64,000 nucleotides of DNA from Octopus sinensis. Its lineage: Eukaryota. Location of the stretch: positions 72,106,001-72,170,000 of the forward strand of contig NC_042997.1 of NCBI RefSeq assembly GCF_006345805.1, given 5' to 3'. The notes beneath the pieces are model-generated. The model ran no database searches. It was not told where the DNA came from and saw only the letters and a list, made by a program, of their open reading frames with translations. This document shows positions 24,850-37,683 of this stretch, one piece after another (within the stretch, counting starts at the first letter, position 1; each line of letters starts with the position of its first letter). The translations under genes were made by a program, and so were the position numbers.

Positions 24850-25815
24850 TCTCATGCATAGTTACATATCTAGACATGCTCATATATATTTAAATGATAA
24901 ACTTCTTGCACATTTTACAGATTTTTACAGTTCCAGTGATGGATTGGATCTGTAGTCTTCGAATTAGCTTTCTCCTTTCTGGTTTTGAGAAGCCTAATTT
25001 CTCAATATCTGTTACATATTCCAGAGCCCCAGTAATTACAGGTATAAACATGAACTTGTAATCTGGATAGAGTAACTGCAGATTTCTCAATAGTTCAGCG
25101 TCGGTGTTCTCTTTTTCACTGATCTTCAGCTTTATGTAAACATCCGCTGGGCAGCTAATTTCCACAACTGTGCACAATTTCTCTTCTCTATCCCAAATTA
25201 TTATGTTATGTCTGTTGTGCTTACATTTTATTGAGGTCTTCATTGGTACATTCCACCAGTATTTCTTTGTATTATGAGTGGCTATGGCTTCTACCATATT
25301 GTGGGTTCTTATTTCTTTGTTCTCGGGATTATCCTTCCGACGGATTTCATTATAGTGTGTCCTAGCTACAACGTCATATCTCATCGATAGATAATGCCGT
25401 GATGATATTTTCGGACAACTGCTTATGTGCACTCCATAAAGTCTGCATTGCTGGTCACACTTTACGGCTTTACTTGCACCTCTATCCCTTTGTGCATCAG
25501 GTATTTGGTTGATATTTCCTGTTCCTGGATTGCAAACGCATACCCTTCAAATTGGGAAGTAGTAATCCGACTATTGGTCCATGATAAACTGCTTTGATGA
25601 TCGATGTTACTATCATCACGGAGCTTTCTACTAACATTGTCATGCATAGTGATCTTCTTATATAGGCTCATCCTTTCATCTGATGATACGTTGAGGTGAA
25701 GTCGTGTATTCTAGGTTATCAGATAAATTGTGTTGGTCAAGGAGTTGCCTTCCAAGTCCTATGATTTTATCAGCCTCTTGTATGCAAACTTGGTCAAGGG
25801 ATGCACTTCGACACT
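24850..25815 (-). mobile_element. R4/Dong-type RLE non-LTR retrotransposon, 5'-truncated
   Basis: HISSCPKISSRHYLSMRYDVVA (CCHC region), HNRHNIIIWDREEKLCTVVEISCP (PD..D/E RLE), FIPVITGALEYV; flanked by (ACAT)n. Confidence 0.88.
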
Positions 25816-27147
25816 TTATGTATGTATGTATATGCATAAAGATACACCTATATAGATAGAAGTGTGCGTGTGCGTATGGGTGAACATGAGAGTGTGTGTG
25901 TGTGCGTATGCAAAACATCCATCATAAACTATAAATTCATTGAACAAATTTAACTCTTATTGGAGCTAAAATTTAATTGTAGTACAACGCCGAAACAGCG
26001 AGAATATAAATATTCACACCAAAAAATGTATGCAAATTAACAAAAGAAACTAAAGACACATCCCACCATCAGCTGCCGGATATCATTATGGTTTTGACAA
26101 CTGAAGAGAGCCATTCAATCCGGCGGTGTCAACAGTAATATTAGTGTTGCATAGGACTGATAGCCAAGAAGCAGGAGCCAAACATCAGCTTAATATGTTC
26201 ATGAAGTCAATGCCTGTTAATACACGCAAAGCACAAATATACACACCAAACGTCCAATATAGATCATCACATAAATGTGGCTATCCAACATAGAAATTAA
26301 ATGTAATAAAGTACAGAAAGTAAAGAAACTAATCAAAACGGATATTGCTAATTTGTGAACTTTAAAGCATAAAAATTATTAAACATAATAGCAAAGTGTA
26401 GCAAACTGAACTTATTGAGTCGAAAAAAAAAGGAGTTTGTGACATATAAATCAACACCTACACGTCACTCATATTTTCATAAAACATATTAATTAGCTTC
26501 AAAATCTAGGAAGTTGTCTCCGCCTTATTTTACTACGTGACCGTCGTCCTATCCAAAAACAATAACACACCCTAAAATTCTTCAGTCACAAACAAATCAC
26601 ACAACCATCATTACTCATACATGCCACATTCAGTGTATACACTCTGTAGATGTACTCGGAACACTCAGCATATGCATTTTAGCATATCACCATGACAGAC
26701 AAAATTATGTATCATACACCAAATTATTCCTTTCTCACTCATAACCCTCTTTCACAAATACACCTTCTCTCTTTCTCTCCCTCACTCTTTCTCTCTCTTT
26801 CTCACTCCCTATCTCTTTTGTCTTTCTCTCTTTCTCATTCTCCGTTGTTAACTATCATGGCCTGATAATCAATGTAGTTTAAGTTTTTAAGGATTGAAAC
26901 AAACGATTTATATAGGTTTAAATTTATTTTTTTATACAACCCCGTCTCTCTTGCCCACATCCGCGCTTCCCTCCATTTCACACAGAAATTTGCTACGTGC
27001 AAAAGGAATCGAAAGGAAAACCTAACCACTACATTCAATGCAAAGTTTTCTTTTATATGAGATAAATGTATTAAATACAACCTCGTCATCCCTGAACTTG
27101 GTAGTCCGAAGTTTACTCCTGCGATAAAGCAACGGATCACTGTGGAG

Positions 27148-28885
27148 TAGGGTTGCCAATTTAGCATATTTTATGCTAATCTAGCATTTTTTTTCAACAT
27201 TTAGCAGAAAATTTTTGAATCTAGCATTTAGCAGGGAAAATAGCAGGTTTAAAATTTTATTTAGCATTTTCCTCTGATCATGACATTTCCACAATAGTTA
27301 CCTTTTTTCTTCTTTTTCCTCCTTTCCTACTTTCGTTAAAGTATCTTACAGCCAAATTTTTGTACTATCGGCTATTGTTGAATTTTTCTTTCACTTTCAT
27401 GAAACTTCAAATGAAAGTTTATCAAAAGGAAGTTTATTAAGTTATGAACTTTTCCAGCCACCCCGCTTGGATACAGAGTGGTGCTGGTGAAGTGGGGGGA
27501 GAAGATAACTCAAGCCAGGACCTGAACTCACTACACAATAATGTAAATATGTTGCAAAGAATGAAAGCATAAAAATTCGTCTTAACAATGCTTTATTCTG
27601 TAGTAATGAGGTTTTATTATGACAGGTTGACTGATTAACTTTCAGTTTGACTGTTTTTTCATGCTTGTTTTGGATTATATATCTTGATATCTTGTATAGA
27701 AGCACGGGGTGGTGGGGTTTCCCCCTTTATATAAATTTTTTTCAAGTGTTGTACTTATATTTGTAGTTATACCAATATATATTAAATGTAAGATTGGAAA
27801 CAAAATATGATGTTCCAGGTGTATATCAGAACACAGTTTTAGGATTTGCGCAGATTTTATTTTTCCATTTATAAATTGGCCACCCTGCATCCTGAATCAA
27901 TATTCTTCACCTCAAGAATTTGCAAGCAGCAAACATAAGAATTGTTAACGGCGAATGGAAGAATTGTTAGCGGCAAACTAATAAGTTGTGTTTTCAATTT
28001 TATATTTCTTATTAATCATTCAATTTATTTTCTTGATTTCCACTAAGGAGCAAAGTAAAAACAAAGACGTACCAGCAAAAATTCCGAAAGGAATGGCTTA
28101 ATATGCCAACGTTTACTAAGCGATTAGGTGAAGTACCTAGTGACCAATCTAAAATACATTGCAGATAATGTAGATGTAATATGTTTTATTAAGCCACTGT
28201 GAAGCAAAGAAACATAAGGCATCAACTCCACAGCAAATGATTTCTCTTACCAATTTTATTAAGACCAAAAATGATAAGACATCTATGCTTGAAGCAAATT
28301 TAGCAATGTTTATTTGTTGCTACTCATCATTTAAAAGCTGTGATTACTTAATAGAGTTATGTAACAATTATATGTCTGACAGTGATATTATATCCAAAGT
28401 GAAGTTGCATCGTTCAAAATGTGCAAATATCGTGAGAAATGTTCTAGCTCCATATTTTGATGGAGATTTGATTTCTGATATAGGAGATAGAAAATTTAGC
28501 CTGTTATTTGATGAATCCAATTATATATCGATAAACAAGTTGTTAGGAATTGTTATCATATATTACAGTGACACTCACAAAAAGTGGCACATATATATCT
28601 CAGTATGGTATCTTTAGAAACATGTAGATGCTTTAAAAATCGAATTAGCGAAAAAGAAATTAGATATAAAAAATTTACTGGCTATAAGAACGGAAAATGC
28701 TAGAGTAATGATAGGAGTCAACAATGGTGTTTTCCAGAAACTAAAAGAATAAGTTCCTTCATTACTTTTATATAGATGTGTTTGTCATTCTTTACAGTTG
28801 CCAGTATCCCACACTTGTGCTGAATGCCTGCCCATGAATTTTGAATTTTTAGTATCCGAAACCTATAAATAATTCTATCATTCTT
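27148..28885 (+). mobile_element. hAT DNA transposon 5' part with disrupted transposase (~28050-28885)
   Basis: TAGGGTTGCCA left end; YQQKFRKEWL; LHRSKCANIVRNVLAP..FSLLFDESN; VNNGVFQKLKE..RCVCHSLQL (hAT CxxH); cut by Tx1 insertion. Confidence 0.85.
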
Positions 28886-28889
28886 CAAC

Positions 28890-30700
28890 AAGTAATGAGG
28901 GCGTTAACCGGATCCATTATTGACAACAAATTGTGGTACGCCCTGAAGAGAGCCATCCAGTTTGAGTCTATTGGGTTTAGTAAAGAGTTAGGATTTAAGA
29001 AGAATAGAATAGAAAGGGACCTAGTTAAGGCTCTAGAAGAGGCAATGAGGACTGGCAGTGCGCCCCAAGTTTTAGCTGCGATATTGGCACTCAACCAACA
29101 CCTCGAGGCTAAACAGGAGAGAAGCATTGTTAGAGCTAAGCTTCATGCAATGGGACGAGAAGGAATCAACGCTATACCTTTGCAAGGGTTAATAGGATTC
29201 CTTGCAAGTGTGATGCTTTGGTCCATTTAGACCAATCTAAAGCTTTTGACTGGGTTGACCATCGGTATCTGGTGTCGGTCCTCGCGGCGGTCAGATTTGG
29301 TCCAGTCTTCCGTGGATGGATCATTGCTTTATATAGCAATATTGATTCGATCGTTCGGGTGAACGGTTTTTTCTCGAAACCGTTCTGTATCAAGCGTTCT
29401 GTACGTCATAGATGTCCCCCTCCCCCACTTCCGTATGTGTTGGCTCTGGAACCTTTGATGTGGATGTTAGAGAGTATGAGGGGCGGAGGTCGCCAATGTG
29501 TTTATCGCATCGGAGATCACCGCCTTCACCGTGCGTTGCCCCGATTCGTGGATAAACAAGTTGGAACGATTGCTCTTCTACTTTTTATGGAAGGGCAAAG
29601 GATCTCTTGTAAGGCTCTCTATCTGCTGCCAACCACCACTAAAGGGTGGGCTAGGGATGCCGTGGCTAATGATGCGCAGGCATGCGCTGAGGCTGAGGCA
29701 CCTTTGGCTCTACCTGCATGGTGAGCGGGTGTGGTCTCCGTTCGTCAAACTGATATTTCCTTGGTCCACTAGTTTCGGTGAACTGGAACCTTGGATTAAG
29801 CGTTGACCAAAATTGGGAGCGTGGCAGGCTGAGTATCGTCAGGCACACGGGCTTCTCTCCCAGACGGGTAATGCCGGCGTCGAGGGTGCCACCTCGTCAT
29901 TCTATAGAGGGTTGGTAGAGGCCAAGTGTGACGACGCCCTAGGGAAAACTTTGGGTTTCGATGATGGTGAACTTGCCGGCCTACTCCGAGGAACGTTTGG
30001 GCCAGGGCCTATGGATAACTTCCAAAAGTCCCTGGACTGGCAATGTTGCTGAGGAGTCTTACCAGTTTGAGATCAATTCACCAGGTACGGTACGGCTCTT
30101 CTTGCTCACCCACTTGCCTAAGATGCAAGCAGAGCAGTGAAACTGTTCTGCAAGCGATTGTGCAGTGTCCGAAAATTTCGGAATTGTAGGTTTATGTTGA
30201 ACAACTGTTGTCACTTCTGGGAAGAGTACAACTGTCTTCCGAGTCAATAATAAAGATTGTTCCACCGCCCTCTCTGAACAAGGAAGGGAAGATCTGCTTT
30301 CTCTCTGTAGTGACTGTGGCAAAAGAGGTTCTGTGGAGAACATGAATGAAAGGAGTAGTGAACAGGCATCTTCGCCTCCAGCCTTGCTTTGGTAAACTTT
30401 TTCATTTTCCACATTAAAAGGAAAATGCTTGCCACTCAGTGTATTTGAGGAAAGATGGAAGAAAGTGGCAACCATGTTGAGAGTGGATGTGTGCCTGCTT
30501 AAGTGAGAACAAAAATGGATCAAAATAATTTCAGTGGTGGAACGTGGTTTGGGGGGTTACGTCCGTTCCCCACTCCATTATTATCATTCGTTACATTTAT
30601 ATTATTAACTTTTAACTTCATTCATCATCCGTTTGTGAATTCACCCCCGAACCCTTGTCTGTCCCCTGTTTGTATAACCTTAATGGTGTAATAAAAACCA
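28890..30700 (+). mobile_element. L1/Tx1-clade LINE ORF2 + 3' end, internally deleted
   Basis: LDQSKAFDWVDHRYL..LYSNIDSIVRVNG..PYVLALEP; LERLLFYFLWKG..KGGLGMP; C-terminal Cys motif; aataaa at ~30690. Confidence 0.88.
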
Positions 30701-30719
30701 ATGGTAATTTGGACGCCAA

Positions 30720-31665
30720 GAGTTAGTGTCGCTATTTACGGTCAGTGTTGCTTGTTTGCTCGTTATATTACGGTTGTTGAATTGTTGAATATTGTTATTG
30801 TGTGTGTTGTCAATACACTATTGTTTTACTGCTTTGCGGCGTTCCTCTTATCGTTTTCCCCCTTGTTTGAGGGGTGGGGAAACGCTTGTTGGTGTAGATG
30901 GATTTCAGTTATGAAAGGTTGAGTCTTTCTGATTCGTCAGAAAGTGAAATGGTGGAGTCTATGATTAATATGGAGACGGAAATAGAGAGAAAATACGAAA
31001 AAAGGGGGAAAACAAGATTTGCGGCTGCGACAGGCGCTGCGGGGGATATAACGACGAAGGTGCAGGACGTAAAAAATATAAAAACATGAAAAAAGAGGGG
31101 TATGTAGTTGAACTGAACCCTCCAAGTGAAGTGTTACAAGATGTGCTGGCAAAAATAGTGACGTACAAGTCATATTTGATAAAGAAAAATACATCGACGT
31201 GGCAAAGAGGGATCAAATTGAAAAGTGCTTGGAATTCATCTGGCCGGAAATCAAGTACTTGGCCAGGTGCAACAAGTATGCGACAGTCGAGGTACGATTT
31301 CACACAGAGGAAAGGGCCATCTGAAGACAGACGAGATAATAGTACTGCCAACTTAACTTGGAAGGTGTGGTTCCAAGGTAAGAGTGGAGGAAATACCACC
31401 GGAGGTGGACGTTGCGTGGCTGGTGGCAGTCGTAACATTAGGCATGGAAGAAAGAATATCAATCCTCCAAGCAACAAGAATACCAACTTAGAACTGGCTG
31501 GGACAGATACTGGAAATAATTGTCCGTAAGATCTAGATAGCATCGCAGACACCATTTTGGTGGGTGAAAAACAGTTGAGGATTGTGGTGGAGGGCAGGAA
31601 GTCTCGTTATTTCAAGTGTGGCCAGAAGGGCCACATAAGAGCAGATGCCTTCCACTTCCCGTAAA
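30720..31665 (+). mobile_element. L1/Tx1 5' end and ORF1 (gag-like, CCHC knuckle remnant)
   Basis: frameshifted reading EFIWPEIKYLARCNKYATVEVRF.. VRVEEIPPEVDVAWL.. FKCGQKGHIRAD. Confidence 0.7.
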
Positions 31666-31669
31666 AGCA

Positions 31670-32284
31670 CCAGTGATCCCACCTCTGGGATCCATGTGTT
31701 CCAAAATGTTGGTGCAGGCAGAGGGAATGGCATCACAGTGTAGCGCTACGTTGACCAGTTCCTAAGACATCATATCGGACCCTTCTTCGCGCGTCACCAT
31801 AGCCACATGTTCCAGCAGAACAATACAGTCTGGATCACCATGGACTATCTGCGTCAGTACAACATCAGAACGATGCCGTAACCGGCTCTCAGCCCGAATT
31901 TAAACCCAATTGAAAATTTTGTAGGATGAAATCCAAAGATGACTGAACCAGGAGGTCCCAAGGTCGACAACTCGTGTGGAACTGGAAGCAGCTTTCCTCA
32001 GAGTGTGGGCACAGTTACCAATGGTTTTTCTGAACCGTCTCACGCACTCTATGTACTGACAGTGTATGGCCGTTTTGGATACCCAGGGAAGTCATACCCG
32101 CCTTACAATATCGATGTGCTGGATCCACCCACTATCAGAACACATTACAGCGACCCATAAACTGTGGTCAAAATGCATCCAAGAAATTGACTTTATCAGA
32201 TTTATCAAAATTTATCTCTGATATAATGAGATTAAAACATATTTCACAGTCACACACGTCTCTCGTTTCTTTTGTGGTTCAGTG
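31670..32284 (+). mobile_element. Tc1 transposase 3' fragment with right TIR
   Basis: MFQQNN..ALSPNLNPIEN..ELEAAFLRVW; ends cgtttcttttgtggttcagtg|TA. Confidence 0.8.
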
Positions 32285-32680
32285 TATTTAACCCAGGATA
32301 GTCATCTTTCCTTTGGCATGTATGTATGTATGTATGTATGTATGTATGTATGTATGTATGTATGTATGTATGTATGTGCGACGGTGGGAAGAAATACCTG
32401 GGTTGGTGTCTGAGGGTGCCGTAAGTCCACTTAGACGGAGGTACCCTTTGTCAGGCATCCCTCCGGGAGAAGGCTAACTCGTATGTAAAACCCGCTGCTC
32501 TGTTGAACCGGATACCTTGCACTTTGCTTGTCTGTGGGCTTCTTTGTATCGTTAATGAGAGTCTATGTGTTGTGAAAACGCACTCGACTTAAGACCCTTG
32601 AACGGGCATTGCTGATACTTGTCAGCGATGGTCATACTTGTCTAACGGGTAGACAGCCATATTATATGTATGTATGTATG

Positions 32681-32714
<34 letters not shown>

Positions 32715-33612
32715 TGTATGTATGTATGTATGTATGTATGTATGTATGTATGTATAATGCATCATTTTTTACCATAACAATTCAATTGTTGGAACAACTC
32801 AATTACCAAGCCCTTGAATTAGTGTGTAAGGGGCTAGGTATTCCAAAACCATGTCCGAATCTCAATGTAATAATCTGGTATAGTGTTAGTGTAATAATCT
32901 CGCAGAATAAACGTAACACACTTTTTTGGACTGTGTCTTTGAATTACAGATTCATTCTATTGAGGAGACTTTTCTACATTTTCCGTCTACACAATTTCAC
33001 TCACAAGGCATAAGTCGACGCTATGGGACTGAAACCGGGCCTGGTATTTGCAGAGCGAACTTCTGAACCATTCAGCCATATTAAGGTTACACTCACACAC
33101 ACACTGACTCACATATATCTGACATTTGTATGTGTGTATTTCTATATCTGTAATATGAATGTGTGTGCTGTTAATGTTTATGTGTGTATATATATATTTG
33201 TGCTGAAAGATAATATATCTTTCAGCAAAAATTGATGCTACACTTCCCACAGTCAAAACCCAGATTTAAACGAGTGTAATGATCTGTCATTTTGAAATTG
33301 CATAACCTTAAAACAATAAACCCGTCACTGCGATGGGATTTTCGTTCCTTTTGAAAAAAAAAGACTTAAGTAAGAAATAAAATATATCAATAGATAAAAG
33401 AACAATATAATATTACTGCATACTTTATTGTCTGTTGTCTCACATCTCGGATTTAAGAGATTTGTACGACACTAACACTCTTTCTGCGTCAGCCATCCAC
33501 ATAAACAGTCAGACTTACAAAAAATCTGCGCACGCGCGCACACAGACACACACATAACACACAATCTATATACACTTGAATGTGTGTTTTTGTGTGTGTG
33601 TGTGTGTGTGCG

Positions 33613-33766
33613 TAGGCGCAGGCGTGGTTGTGTGGTAAGAAGCTTGCTTCCCAACTACATGCTTTCGAGTTCAGTCCCACTCCGTGGTAATGCCTTCTAC
33701 TATAGCCTCAGGCGGACCAAAGCCTTGTGAGTGAATATGGTAGACGGCAACTGAAAAAGCCTATCG
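33613..33766 (+). mobile_element. family B SINE head
   Basis: aggcgcaggcgtggttgtgtggtaagaagcttgcttcccaac..gagttcagtcccact..ggtagacggcaactgaaa. Confidence 0.85.
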
Positions 33767-33778
33767 CATATATATATA

Positions 33779-33823
<45 letters not shown>

Positions 33824-33824
33824 G

Positions 33825-33855
<31 letters not shown>

Positions 33856-33865
33856 TGTGTGTATA

Positions 33866-33901
<36 letters not shown>

Positions 33902-36900
33902 TGTATGTATGTGTGTGAACGTGTGTGTGTGTGTGTGTGTGGCTGTTTGTATCTCGTTCCATGGTTCATTGTGTAGGCTAGTTTAGTTTCTCTGTGCCTA
34001 CTTGGGAGAAAGTCATAACAAAAGGAACATATGCACTGAGAGGAAGACAGTTACTTGCATATATTTTTATAAGTTGCTGACTAAAGTAGGTTGAGAAAGG
34101 GCAACTTTTTGTCATTTATTTCTGAGTGCAATAAGGCTAAGATAATAGGCTGAGGATTTGTTTGGCAATGTATAAACATGTAGAGTTCATTTCGAACCCT
34201 ATCTTAGCGATACTGTAACTGTTCGCTACATCACCTTCTTGCCAGATAAAATGTCGAAGACAAAATTACAATAATAAGAAAAAATTGCAAAATTGTGCAC
34301 TGTGCGAAAATTGAAGAACGTTCAAAATCGTGATTATGTATACATATGCGAGAGAACGGTGCAGCTGTGGACATGAAAGAAGCTGAGACGAGAATGTGCA
34401 TTCTCAATCTGTCATAAGTGTGCATGCAGTGAAACGTACCATACGAAAAGTGCAGAGATCAGGTGAGTCTGTTGTTGTGGTCGTGTACATTTGCTAAGAG
34501 TATGCAAGACGACAAAGTGTGGCATGCTGGCACCGCTATATATACCGTGACCATCCAGGGGTTATACAAAGGTAAGTTGTGTTTGGAAGCAAGGGTTCAG
34601 AGAACATGATGAGACATCCGACGTATGCTGAGTCTGGAAGAGAGTTGAGTTGGCACAGACAAGAAAAACAAGTAATTGAAGGCACAAATATTAAGATGTG
34701 CGTGTATTACGTTGAACGTTATAGCGCAAAAATTAAACAACCTGAGAGAAAACATGCCGCAAAAATCCATGGAATTGGACAAAATTGAAACGATACGAGA
34801 GCATGAAAAAATTGAGCGAGTGGCCAAAAGACAGACACATTATAAAAAATATGGAACATCATAAAAACACATGCAAGTTGATTGAAACATAATTGTGTTG
34901 CGTTTTATAAAACTGCTAACATGTAAATAAGTTTGCAGTGTAAGAAAGTATAGTAAATAGTACGAAATAATGTAAACAAAAAAAATATGGAATCACAAAC
35001 TTGATACGGAGGAATGTTGCTGCAAATTTGGTGCTAAAATGCAAGAAAAGAAATAGCAGCATGCAAGGAAAAAGTTCTCGATTGTCGACATAAGTTTATA
35101 TATACAACAGTCCATGTAGTATGCAGAATAAATGCAGGATTTTTTTAAACTTTGGGACTAATCAAAAGGTGTGTGGCGGTCGAAAATGTTACGCTTGCAG
35201 GCTTCCTTAGTTTCATTCCTGTACATATTGTGACTGGCTGTTGAACATGCTGCTCTTGCAAGCTTCCATATTTTCAGAGAGTTTGGTGTGGACAGCGTTA
35301 TTTCTTTATATGTGTAGTTTCGCTTGCAGTTCGAATGTACACCCCGATGAATGTGCAGAGGCAATTGTGCAATCTAGTTGATCTGCGGAGTACATCGCAG
35401 TCAGCTGGATTATTTTTGTTTGTTGGATGAATTGCGTTTGAGGCCAATAGAAAATTTACTGGGGGTGGGATTTCGACGTCGAACTGCATTTGTTGTTGGA
35501 TCTTTATCTTTTGACCTACAGATTAAAAAAATAATTTTTTGTAACTAAGCACTTTCAAACTTCGGACACTGGTAGAATGTGTCATATAAAATATCTTTTC
35601 CTCTTAGCATTTTTGAGAAAAACTTATATTTACGAAGTTATTTCACGTTGAAGTTGTCCTATTTTGGTAATTTAAACCAATCAATGACGTGTATTCAGCT
35701 GAATGAAATTACTGATGTTGTTTGTCAACAAGAGCTTCCTGTGGTGTATATTTTGTTTGTCACTGTCATTTATGACACCCTAACCCTAAAATCCTAATCG
35801 TAACCCATAAACACTGAACGACACGGCATTGGCATCGGTTAATAGCAAGAATACTTTTACCTGATGACTTGGATACGACAAAAGCTTAGTTGTTACAGTC
35901 TCGCTGCTACAGTATGAACGAAATACTTCCTGGGCCCTAAAGATGAAAAACAAGTAAATGATTTGTTTTATCTGAAGCATGTACGAAAATTGTTGGTATT
36001 GAAGAAAGCTCTAGAACTGGAAACAATGAATTTTACCAGTATGTAAAATATGTTGAAAGCTATCAGTTAGTCCCCCAAAAAGTTGATTCTTGTTGAGTCA
36101 AATTCTTATCACATCAAACTCAATGTTGTTTAAGGTTATTCTCAAAGTTTACGTGAATCCGTTCGTTTTTGCAACCGCGTATAATTATATGAACATAACA
36201 TGAAAGTATGAAAGAATTTTTCATCAGGTAATCCGAAGATTAATGTATTTATTGAATTCATTCAACGTCTTGAAATGATTTCCAAATTTCAGAAGACTGA
36301 AAGAAAAACAGAAATTAAGAGGATCTAGAGGGGATATCATAGTGTCACATGTTGAAAGAAATTAGTATTGGTCTGATTACAAATGTCACATTTGTGAGTA
36401 TAAGTATGAACCATCAAAATGTTATACGTTGATAAAACTCGTATTAAGTGTTAAGGAAAAATTAGTTTAAAACACCACGTGAACCTACAAAGGGGTCGAA
36501 GAAATGAAAGATTCTTTATGTATTTATGAAATTGGCCTGCAAAACACAACAACGTCCAATGTGAAACCTCTAATGGATAAAAACGATCATAATCTTTCTT
36601 CGGATTTCCTAATTTCTAATGAAGACATTTTAATCACTATTCAGACTGCATATCGCTGCTTGCATCACTTGTAAACCTGATGTTTTATTTTCATAGGAAG
36701 TCCGACAACAAAGGCATTTAAGCACCAAAAGTTGAAGTTATCTATCAAAGTGAATGAGTTAGATTTATGATGACGCAAAAGTAGTTAACAACTGAAGCAG
36801 ATGAAAACAGTATATATGGGATCCTTTCACAATACGCCTATCCTGCTTTATATTTGTCAAGAGCATTATGAAGTTCAGCTGAAATGAAATATTCAAATAC

Positions 36901-37224
36901 TGAATGGGAACCCAAGGTGATCGTATATGAAATTTTTCTGCTTGACTGAAAATTTAATATTTCAGATCATAGAAATGTTGAGATTATCAAACAGGATGAT
37001 TATTCGGGCGGAAACTATTTGAGACAGACACGTTTTTTGTTTTGTTTTTGATACATATGAAAAGATCCTCCTTTAATACCGAGAATTGTAAGCATAAAGG
37101 TTTAAATAATGGATGGTTGCTTTTGAGATATTGGACAATCCCTTCTTAGTTTATCTACTTTGAAGGGAAAATATGATCATTAATAACATTGTCCTATGAA
37201 ACTGCAGCACAAATTGTATATCGA

Positions 37225-37683
37225 TACACCAGAAATGATGAACCATAATAGCTATGAACCTTAAGAGTGAACAGGTCATATTTGATCATGCAGATTAAAT
37301 AAATGGACACGCAAATATTGATAGTGAACAAAACAAAGAATTAACTTTGAATAACACTCCAAGATAAAGATTGAAATTACACCAGAAATGATGAACCATA
37401 ATAGCTATGAACCTTAAGAGTGAACAGGTCATATTTGGTCATGCAGATTAAATAAATGGACACGCAAATATTGATAGTGAACAAAACAAAGAATTAACTT
37501 TGAATAACACTCCAAGATAAAGATTGAAATTACACCAGAAATGATGAACCATAATAGCTATGAACCTTAAGAGTGAACAGGTCATATTTGGTCATGCAGA
37601 TTAAATAAATGGACACGCAAATATTGATAGTGAACAAAACAAAGAATTAACTTTGAATAACACTCCAAGATAAAGATTGAAAT
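37225..37683. repeat. 3 x 153-bp tandem repeat
   Basis: agaaatgatgaacc at 37231, 37384, 37537; units nearly identical; stops in all six frames. Confidence 0.97.

Noticed and set aside
27148-27887. Self-contained hAT MITE (TAGGGTTGCCAATTT / AAATTGGCCACCCTG)
   Set aside because: Flanking 8-mers differ (ctgtggag vs catcctga) and the transposase lies downstream; treated as part of the larger hAT
35776-35805. Interstitial telomere (ccctaaccctaa; also ~61473)
   Set aside because: Only 1-2 units; insufficient
37225-37683. 153-bp repeat as coding repeat (51 codons) or CRISPR-like array
   Set aside because: Stop codons in all six frames; contiguous identical units with no spacers
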